Notes under the pieces: generated by a model
The model's input: the letters and a program-made list of their open reading frames with translations, nothing else
Database searches by the model: none
Told to the model about the DNA's origin: nothing
NCBI GenBank assembly: GCA_015232535.1
Contig: JADFZM010000001.1
Span: 35,263 to 99,262, forward strand
Length of the DNA stretch: 64,000 nucleotides
Source: Candidatus Omnitrophota bacterium
Lineage (GTDB): Bacteria; Omnitrophota; Gorgyraeia; Zapsychrales; Zapsychraceae
Reading direction: 5' to 3'
In this document: positions 56,897-64,000 of the stretch, one piece after another
Position numbering within the stretch: the stretch's first letter is position 1
How the letters are laid out: each line of letters opens with the position of its first letter
Translations under genes and position numbers: made by a program

Positions 56897-57325
56897 CTAT
56901 GTCATAATATCTACGCCAGTTAAACGCCTTTCCCTGTCCCATTGATTACCTTCCCTTATTTCATTCTCAATGGCCCAAAACATGTCCAGCGGGTAGAATG
57001 GTTTTTTTAGCCACCTTTTTATGCCGCAGAAATCCAATAATGATCGGAATTCATCCCTGAAAAATGCTGACATCGCGATGATCGGCATTCTTTTCGTTTC
57101 AAAGACCCGATTGATTGTTTCGGTAATTTCAAATCCATTTTTTCGGGGCATTCTTAATTCAAGCAAGATAATATCCGGCTTACTCTCGACTACGGTATCC
57201 ATAAATAAAAGCGGATCATGAACCGCGACCGGGACATAACCACCCATAGTCAAAATATTTTCAATCTCACCAAGAAATTTTTTATCATCATCGATTACAG
57301 CTACTTTTCTATTTTTCATTTTCAT
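56897..57325 (-). CDS. Single-domain receiver with Glu at the phosphoacceptor position
   Basis: VIDDD, PDIILLELRMP, KKPF. Confidence 0.8.
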   Translation of the reverse strand: MKMKNRKVAVIDDDKKFLGEIENILTMGGYVPVAVHDPLLFMDTVVESKPDIILLELRMPRKNGFEITETINRVFETKRMPIIAMSAFFRDEFRSLLDFCGIKRWLKKPFYPLDMFWAIENEIREGNQWDRERRLTGVDIMT

Positions 57326-57439
57326 GCCCCACTTTAATTGAACGTTTTATATCTTTTAGTATCCCTGATTTTGAATAACGCGTTTCATCATACGATAAAA
57401 CACCTGATACTTTATTGATGAATATGCCTCCATCTCCCG

Positions 57440-59014
57440 TTAATGTATGTGCCCAACCTGCCCTCTGGCTGACTGCAATTTTTCGAAGAACCTGTCTTTC
57501 TTGAAATTCATGTTCCATTCCTTCATGATAATCCATCCCATAAAACGAACTAAATCGTTGCGCCATGGGCGGTACCACTTCCGCCATCCCAACTTAATGT
57601 TAGTCAGAAAAAAGATCAGCCCGGGAAACAACAATATATTTAACCCAATCTTGAAGAAATATTGGAACTGATAAAACGAAGCCATAATTTTCCTGGCTGA
57701 AAGCTGCATCTCTTCTGCGCTTAAAGGGGCATCGGGTTCGAAAATCGGAAAATTGCCGTCATAATATTCCCAGCCCACTTCTTGAAGAGCATAAACCCTT
57801 TTTTGACGTTTTAATCTTTCCCTCAATTGTGTCCCCGGCAATGGGATCGGGTTTAATATTTGGATTGTATCCAGCCGTGCCCTTCTAATAAATTGCCGAT
57901 AGCGCTTAACCCTCTCTTGGGCTGTCATTTTAAAGGAGACACCTTCCGGCATGGGATACCCGAAAATAAACATCCCATGCACTAAAAATCCATATTTGTG
58001 AAATATTTTTGTAAAAGACAACATGTCTTCAGGTTTTATAAGCTTATTCATCGCTTTCAATTCTTCGGCAATCGGAGATTCAAATCCAATTGCTACCGTA
58101 TTAATTCCTGCTTGGCGCATGCTTAAAAGGAGTTCGCTGTCTTTAGCCTTATCCAACCTTATCTGCGCCGTAAAATCCAGCCGCAGACGGATTTGTCTTT
58201 GGTAATCTCTAAGTTTATAACAAAATTGGATTGTATCATCCCTATGTTGCCCAAAAAGGTCATCAACGATAAAAAAGTGCCGGGCATCCCGTGTTTCGAC
58301 CAAAAGCCTGATTTGTTCCAAGAAGCGCTCAGGACATGCTGCCCGCGGTTTGCCCTTAACGGTGCAGAACTCACAATCCATGCCGCATCCCCGGATACGC
58401 TCGACAGGATAAATCTTTATCTTGGCATACCGAACCAACGAAAAATTCGGCATAGGCAGTTTGTCAAAATCGCTCAAGGGTACTCTGGGATGTGTGGTAA
58501 TCATTTCTCTATTTCTTAAAAACGCAATGCCCCTGACCTGAGCAATATCCCGTCTGCCTTCGATCCCTTCTAAAAGCTCTTTAACCGTTTCTTCACCCTC
58601 ACCGATAACAACGTAATCAATGCCGTGTGTCAGAGCTTCAATGATATTTTCACCCACAAAATGCTGCCCTCCGGCAATCGTGACTGCCCCTTTGCTTTTG
58701 TAAAAAAGTGCGATCTCGTAAAGCCGCGGAATTGTGCTGGTTAAACCGCCATAAAATCCAACGACATCCGCAGGCCTTTGTTGTTGTAAAAACTCGTGGT
58801 CGGCTCCGCCCTGTTTTCTTTTTGGCCCATATCTGCGGAGATTATTTTCATCAATCATTTCAGCATCCCAATTATTCATTTTATTAACGGCTGTCGCTAC
58901 ATACACAGGGCCTAACGCAGTCGTCTTGGATGCAATATTGGAATAGATATTAAATGCCGGATAGGCCGGCGCGATAACTCGAAACCTGTATCTTTTTTTT
59001 GCTCTGTCCAGCAT
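57440..59014 (-). CDS. B12-binding-domain radical SAM protein
   Basis: IAGGQH, GEGE, RGCGMDCEFC, FFIVDDLF, IGFES, HGMFIFG. Confidence 0.88.
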   Translation of the reverse strand: MLDRAKKRYRFRVIAPAYPAFNIYSNIASKTTALGPVYVATAVNKMNNWDAEMIDENNLRRYGPKRKQGGADHEFLQQQRPADVVGFYGGLTSTIPRLYEIALFYKSKGAVTIAGGQHFVGENIIEALTHGIDYVVIGEGEETVKELLEGIEGRRDIAQVRGIAFLRNREMITTHPRVPLSDFDKLPMPNFSLVRYAKIKIYPVERIRGCGMDCEFCTVKGKPRAACPERFLEQIRLLVETRDARHFFIVDDLFGQHRDDTIQFCYKLRDYQRQIRLRLDFTAQIRLDKAKDSELLLSMRQAGINTVAIGFESPIAEELKAMNKLIKPEDMLSFTKIFHKYGFLVHGMFIFGYPMPEGVSFKMTAQERVKRYRQFIRRARLDTIQILNPIPLPGTQLRERLKRQKRVYALQEVGWEYYDGNFPIFEPDAPLSAEEMQLSARKIMASFYQFQYFFKIGLNILLFPGLIFFLTNIKLGWRKWYRPWRNDLVRFMGWIIMKEWNMNFKKDRFFEKLQSARGQVGHIH

Positions 59015-59037
59015 AATTAACCTCCTTATTATGGTGC

Positions 59038-59289
59038 TTATTCAAAAACAAAAACAACTTTCATTGCAGGCGCAATCATACAAATTCCGTCATTAAACAG
59101 ATCTTTTGCTCCACCTACCACCGCGGCGCCTTTTTTGATATCAAAGATGTTTGGTGCCATTTTTTTGCAGAAAACAATGCAATGATTAGGTTCTTTCTGA
59201 GCGTTTTCAATTTCTTCAAAAGATTTGGCGGGAATAATCCTTCGGTAAAAAGCTTCTGCTTTGTAATCTACCATGATTTTCCTTTCCAT
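59038..59289 (-). CDS. Hypothetical protein
   Basis: 83-aa ORF with AAGGAG upstream. Confidence 0.45.
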   Translation of the reverse strand: MERKIMVDYKAEAFYRRIIPAKSFEEIENAQKEPNHCIVFCKKMAPNIFDIKKGAAVVGGAKDLFNDGICMIAPAMKVVFVFE

Positions 59290-59607
59290 GGATTAGGTTC
59301 TCCTTATTTAAGATACTGTTTAAACAGCATCCTGCGAATACATGACAGTGATGCCTTGTGAAAGAGCCGATGCAGCTACATAAATCGCCCCATTCCCTTT
59401 GGGGCAAACTCCAAGCATATCATCAAGAAAATATTATTTCTGTTTTCAAACTGATGCCTGCATTCTGAACATTGAATTGTGTAATTTGAACATTGCAAAT
59501 GACAACCGCATATGTGCATATCTATTCCCCTCCGTCGTTTAAACAAAAAAGATTCTCTTTTTATCCCTAAGAAAGTTGCTTTTCAATATAAAGGCTTAAT
59601 TAACCTC

Positions 59608-59751
59608 TTACTTTGTCGCAGCTTTATTTGATCCTCTCGTAATCCAATGTCCAACGGTGGCGATATCATCACCAATACCTCTTAAGGTGCCACAACCAAC
59701 AACCGTCGTAAGCAATAATCCAACCAGAACAAACAAGGTTATTCTTTTCAT
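59608..59751 (-). CDS. Entericidin EcnA/B-like small lipoprotein (47 aa)
   Basis: Manual translation MKRITLFVLVGLLLTTVVGCGTLRGIGDDIATVGHWITRGSNKAATK; GGAG RBS. Confidence 0.75.
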   Translation of the reverse strand: MKRITLFVLVGLLLTTVVGCGTLRGIGDDIATVGHWITRGSNKAATK

Positions 59752-59789
59752 CGTGTTCTCCTGTCTTGCAACCTGAGTTTGTAAAATTT

Positions 59790-59970
59790 AAGACTCCCTC
59801 ATCTAATAGTTATATCGCCAACGTTGCCCACAACACCAAGTGGCGGCAATAATAATCATAACAACATTCAGAACCGACTTGATTTTGCCGTCCATGGGTA
59901 TCTACGTATTAACCGCCCATAGAAGCACCCCAGCAGTAATTAAAGCAATAACATTGGAGATTAAGGACAT
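59790..59970 (-). pseudogene. Small membrane protein (Thivi_2564-like) with an internal stop
   Basis: MSLISNVIALITAGVLLWAVNT*IPMDGKIKSVLNVV; 3' end approximate. Confidence 0.6.
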
Positions 59971-60010
59971 TTGCCTACCCTCTTTTGGCTTAGCCAGCTT
60001 TGAGTGTTAA

Positions 60011-60244
60011 TTATTTCAACAGTGAACCCCTCTGAATCTGGTCTTTACGGATGTTGTATTCTTGCTGATTAATCTTTCCATTTTTCAATTCTTCATCAAG
60101 TAATTTCATTTGCCGCTCGGCCTGAATTTCATATCCAGCTCCTGCGCCTAAAGCTCCGGCACCAGCACCACCCCAAAATTGTCCGCTACAGCCCAGGAGA
60201 GTTATTCCCAAAAGCAATACCAGTAAACCTTGAGCTTTTCTCAT
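60011..60244 (-). CDS. Small glycine-zipper lipoprotein
   Basis: LLGC lipobox, GGAGAGALGAGAGY; GGAGG RBS. Confidence 0.8.
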   Translation of the reverse strand: MRKAQGLLVLLLGITLLGCSGQFWGGAGAGALGAGAGYEIQAERQMKLLDEELKNGKINQQEYNIRKDQIQRGSLLK

Positions 60245-60280
60245 TGATATCCTCCTTAATTTTGTTTTGTTGATATCCCC

Positions 60281-60421
60281 TTAATCATTATGATCCACGG
60301 TCCTTTGAATGCTTCCTCCCGCATTCTCTACATCTTTTCCCACGCCTCGTAGCATGTTACAGCCCAAAACTGCGGTTATTAAAACTAGAACCGTTATGAA
60401 TAACATAAAATTAATTTTCAT
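60281..60421 (-). CDS. Entericidin EcnA/B-like small lipoprotein (46 aa)
   Basis: Manual translation MKINFMLFITVLVLITAVLGCNMLRGVGKDVENAGGSIQRTVDHND; GGAGG RBS. Confidence 0.8.
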   Translation of the reverse strand: MKINFMLFITVLVLITAVLGCNMLRGVGKDVENAGGSIQRTVDHND

Positions 60422-60805
60422 TCCCTTGCCCTCCTGTACGCCTTATTAACAAAACAAACCAATTCATGGTCATTAAAGGGCTTTGAGTGCATAACACACT
60501 AACTCATTATCATCCACAATATAAATTAGTTTCTTGCCTGTGGATATTTCGCTAGACTTCGCAATCTGTAATTCATCTAATTGCATAATTGTATTTTAGG
60601 GGAGGGCGAAACTAAATCAATTATACCGAGGTATAACCCATAATTTCGATATCTCGGCTGATAAAAAGATGTAACTTTTGGATCGCGAGAGAGGTTATTA
60701 CTTTAGTAAGAGATTTCGAGGATGCTCAGTTGGGATAAAATTTTACGTTAATAGTGCTAAAATTAAATAAGAACGTCTGCCAAAATTATTGCGGGGAAAA
60801 CAACA

Positions 60806-61250
60806 TGAACCCTACAGGGATGCCACAAATTTGGCAACAGGCTTTCGTCCAGCTAAACATAGGGTTGGGTTATATGGATAGTTCCGCATTGGGTCGAGGT
60901 TGATCTTGCTTGGCATAATCGTCTGCGCCTTGATTCTCGCAATTTTGAAATCCTAAAAACAATCCTGAAAGAGCCAGGCCTGCTATTCGCAGCTAACCAT
61001 TATGATGAAACTGACCACGAAATCTGCATTGAGCTTTCCCCGCCGTTCACATCGTCAATTCGCCTACATGATGAATCCTGAAGCTTTCGAGGAATGGCAT
61101 GGGTTAGCCGGGTGGGGGATGCAACGTTTGGGATGTTTTTCCGTAGAAAGAGGCGGCAGTGGCCAAGCTGCAAAGCCTCATGCGATGGACGTTGTCAAAA
61201 AGGGGATGCCCTGATCATGTTTCCGGAAGTAGAAATCTCTATTTAAATGA
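60806..61250 (+). pseudogene. Remnant of a PlsC-like acyltransferase
   Basis: FAANHYDETD, GCFSVERGG and LIMFPE motifs are spread over different frames; truncated. Confidence 0.6.
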
Positions 61251-61355
61251 CCCCTCCGAGGCGCTAAAACACAAGAAATAATTAAAATATAATAGATACT
61301 AAAGTCTGTTGCTGTGACAAAAGCACCTGCAATTAAAAATCGGATTATTTGTTTT

Positions 61356-62789
61356 TTAGTCTTCGTAGTACAGTTTTCCTGACCGGATGATTCCTTCGAG
61401 TTCTCTTGCCGATCCCCGAACCGTTCGTTCCTGCGTTAAATAATTCACCTCTATTAATCCAAAACGCGGGACAAATCCTTCAGCCCATTCATAATTATCC
61501 AACAACGACCAGTAGAGATAACCGATCACGGGAACCCCCTCTTCTTTCGCCTGTGCAACCGCTTTAAGATGTTCGACGATAAAACTTACTCTCTCGGCAT
61601 CATCGTTTGTAGCAATGCCATTTTCTGAAATCAAAAGAGGCAGTTTATACCTCGAGAAATCCTTAAGAAACGTATACAACCCTTTCGGATAAATATCCCA
61701 CGAAAGAAAATTGTCTTTGCCCGTATGCCGATCGTGCGCTACTGTCGCCGTGCAGGCCTGGCCCAAAATTCCCGGGAATCCAAATCCATTATGGAGGACA
61801 AAATCTCGCGTATAATAATTTAGGCCAATGAAATCTAGAGTTTTTGCTTTGGACAAGTGGATATTGAAAAGTCCGATGCAATAGGCTTTTCCCCGGATCA
61901 AAGCTTGGACAAATAAATGATTAAACATCCAATGCCGAAAACGCGCCGCAATCCGATCCCTTAAAGAAGTATCTGAACAAGCCCTAAATATGAGCACACT
62001 CTGAGCAATCCCTACTTTGGATTCCTTCCAACCTTTTCGAGTATAAGTTTCTTTGATCTTTTCATACGCTAGAACATGGCCGCGGAGTAAATTTTCAAAT
62101 ACTTTAATAGCTTCTTTGGGTGACTTCACCCCGGGTGGCCATTCGCCAACCATATAACCTTTATACGTATAAACGACGGGTTCATTTAAGGTCATCCAAT
62201 AATGAACATCACCGCCTAAAGCTTCGGTCACTTTCTGGGTGTATCGGGCGAATAGTTCTGGCGTTTTCTGTGAAGACCACCCACCCTGGCGCTCCAACCA
62301 TAAAGGAAGCGTAAAATGATTCAACGTTACAATTGGCTCTATGCCTTTTGATCTAAGCGAGGCAATAACCTGCCCGTAATGACTAAGAGCTACATTGTCC
62401 CATTGACCTTCCTGAGGCTCAATGCGGCTCCACTCAATGGAGAAACGGTGTGCGGTATGACCTAAAGTTTGGGCAAGCTTAAAATCCTCCTCAAAACGAT
62501 TCCAATGATCACAAGCCTGGCCCGAACGCGCTTGAGGGATACGGGTTTGTTCCCACTCCCACCAATCATTATTGGTATTGTTTCCTTCGACCTGGTGCGA
62601 GGAAGTGGCGGCACCCCATAAGAAGTCTTTGGGAAAGGTAAATTCGTGCGGTCTCTTTTCTGTTATCGTTTTATGAGTATTCGCACAACCCACTCCCATA
62701 GAAATAAAAATAAATAACGCGAGGCATGTATGGACAATCCTTAGTTTTCTTATAATATTCGATATCTGCCACATATTTTGTGCTGTCAT
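61356..62789 (-). CDS. Glycoside hydrolase family 1 (beta-glucosidase-like)
   Basis: FLWGAATSSHQVEG, RFSIEWSRI, TLNEP, NYY, ISENG, WSLLDNYEW. Confidence 0.93.
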   Translation of the reverse strand: MTAQNMWQISNIIRKLRIVHTCLALFIFISMGVGCANTHKTITEKRPHEFTFPKDFLWGAATSSHQVEGNNTNNDWWEWEQTRIPQARSGQACDHWNRFEEDFKLAQTLGHTAHRFSIEWSRIEPQEGQWDNVALSHYGQVIASLRSKGIEPIVTLNHFTLPLWLERQGGWSSQKTPELFARYTQKVTEALGGDVHYWMTLNEPVVYTYKGYMVGEWPPGVKSPKEAIKVFENLLRGHVLAYEKIKETYTRKGWKESKVGIAQSVLIFRACSDTSLRDRIAARFRHWMFNHLFVQALIRGKAYCIGLFNIHLSKAKTLDFIGLNYYTRDFVLHNGFGFPGILGQACTATVAHDRHTGKDNFLSWDIYPKGLYTFLKDFSRYKLPLLISENGIATNDDAERVSFIVEHLKAVAQAKEEGVPVIGYLYWSLLDNYEWAEGFVPRFGLIEVNYLTQERTVRGSARELEGIIRSGKLYYED

Positions 62790-63020
62790 CCACTATTGTC
62801 TTCCTCTACAGCCGCCTATGTTGTTTGCTAATTACGAAATAGCACTACATGCGGACTAAGTGGCTGTGATCTTTCGTGCGGCCATACGATTCCTGTCTCT
62901 TATATGCCCACCGAGTGCTTTTCCGGCCTGACGTTGTAGTGACGGCCTTTTGTTTTCCTTGTGATTTTTCTTTCTCATTTTGCTCACTTGATTTGCAGCA
63001 ACTATCGTTTTTCATTCTTT

Positions 63021-63680
63021 TTATTGTCGGGTAGTGGTTGTGGTTGTCGTTGTAGTTGTACTCGTAACGGCTGGTGAGTACAGCGTAATATAACGTGCTT
63101 GTTTCTTCCCTATCTTTTCCACGAATTCAACCTTTACGACATCGCCGGGTTTTAGCAGTAATTCTACCGGCTGCTTGCTTGGGCTGTGCATAACAACTAT
63201 GGTTTTGGGGTCAAAAACAAAATCGGACGGCATATTTATTTCATCTTGGCCAATCCTTACTCTTTCTTCAACGACAAACGTTCCCGCTGCGATGTCTAGA
63301 GCCTTAATCTCGCCAAAGGCTTGCTGGAACTCAGACGCCGGGATGGGCTCAACGATGATCTTCGGGACAATTCTATCCTCTTGGCCAATGACTTCTTCGA
63401 TGGTGATAATCTGGCCTGCCCGTAAGTCCGTGACGTTCAAGAACTTTTCATCCATAGGGTCAGTGACCCACGTTTCATTCTGATTAATTCGATACGCTGA
63501 TGTTTTCGTGCCTTTCGGTGTTTCTTTATTGAGCTCTAACCTGCCCAGCTGAATATCGACCCATCCAATTTCACCTGATACGCGGCGCACATTCTCTGCC
63601 TGAGCAGAGCCTACCGAAATGCCAGTGAATAAAGTCGCGGCAGTAACCGCGAAAAATACTTTTAAATAATTTACATTCAT
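63021..63680 (-). CDS. Exported protein with two similar beta-rich domains and a poly-Thr tail
   Basis: Signal peptide; GEI..DI..G / L..G..V.I pattern occurs twice. Confidence 0.7.
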   Translation of the reverse strand: MNVNYLKVFFAVTAATLFTGISVGSAQAENVRRVSGEIGWVDIQLGRLELNKETPKGTKTSAYRINQNETWVTDPMDEKFLNVTDLRAGQIITIEEVIGQEDRIVPKIIVEPIPASEFQQAFGEIKALDIAAGTFVVEERVRIGQDEINMPSDFVFDPKTIVVMHSPSKQPVELLLKPGDVVKVEFVEKIGKKQARYITLYSPAVTSTTTTTTTTTTRQ

Positions 63681-64000
63681 GGAACACCTTCCTTTCCCTT
63701 GTTTTGGTTAGCTGTGACACATCCATCTTGAAAAGAATGGCCTGTCTCTTTTTTGAACTTCTCATTGACCCGACTTTCTCATTTGTCTCGCATCCCCTCC
63801 TTTTTCTTTTTTGTTTTCTCTGCTTCTTTTTCGGCTCGTTTTTTAGCTTTGATATTTTTATTAGCTTTATTGTTGTATACTTCCCCGCTGCGTTTAAATT
63901 TTGCATTTTCGTTAGCATGCTCATACGCCGATACATTGGGATTATGTCTCTTTTTGTTTTGGGCTTTTTTTAATTTCTTTTTTGCTTTCGCTTCCTTTTT

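Noticed and set aside
56664-56942. ORF with an ExxH rubrerythrin-like fragment
   Set aside because: Too short and overlapping a neighbour; possibly a remnant but not supportable
48615-59970. Stop-codon recoding to explain internal stops
   Set aside because: Lesions include frameshifts and both TAA and TAG, and intact genes end with all three stop codons
71-63973. Numerous plus-strand ORFs in the track (e.g. 17771..18493, 8049..8516, 23629..24129)
   Set aside because: They are antisense shadows of well-supported minus-strand genes and have no recognisable motifs
63571-64000. Lys-rich minus-strand ORF at the window end
   Set aside because: Low complexity, overlaps the next gene, and is cut by the window edge

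Overview
Almost everything here is on the minus strand. Bases 1-22150 hold a magnetosome gene cluster of a deep-branching magnetotactic bacterium. An Omnitrophota/PVC-like host is my inference and is not demonstrated. In transcription order it reads: Cys-rich HTH protein, fixC, fixX, mamI (missed by the ORF track), small membrane protein, mamE-like protease, PDZ protein, NifX/zinc-ribbon/magnetochrome protein, two small proteins, mamP, then an 11-gene siroheme-route (Ahb) heme biosynthesis and ccsA block, then mamL, mamM, mamB, mamA, mamQ. The heme block is tightly coupled to the mam genes at both ends, which is the most striking observation. Bases 22.8-34.8 kb are a signalling cassette (hybrid kinase, solute-binding protein, Hpt, K+ channel-like protein, response regulator, RsbU/W/V-type switch). 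It encloses two tandem Mad28-like actins flanked by two small proteins that share an LGKSFGF tail. Bases 34.9-39.8 kb are fur-feoA-feoA-feoB plus an OprB-type porin, with three Fur boxes. Next come ubiE-like, pstSCAB and a P-type ATPase. The last ~16 kb is an accessory region with many pseudogenes, dnaK, small lipoproteins and a GH1 hydrolase. No rRNA, tRNA, CRISPR array or transposase was recognised. All family calls come from motif recognition by eye, not database searches.
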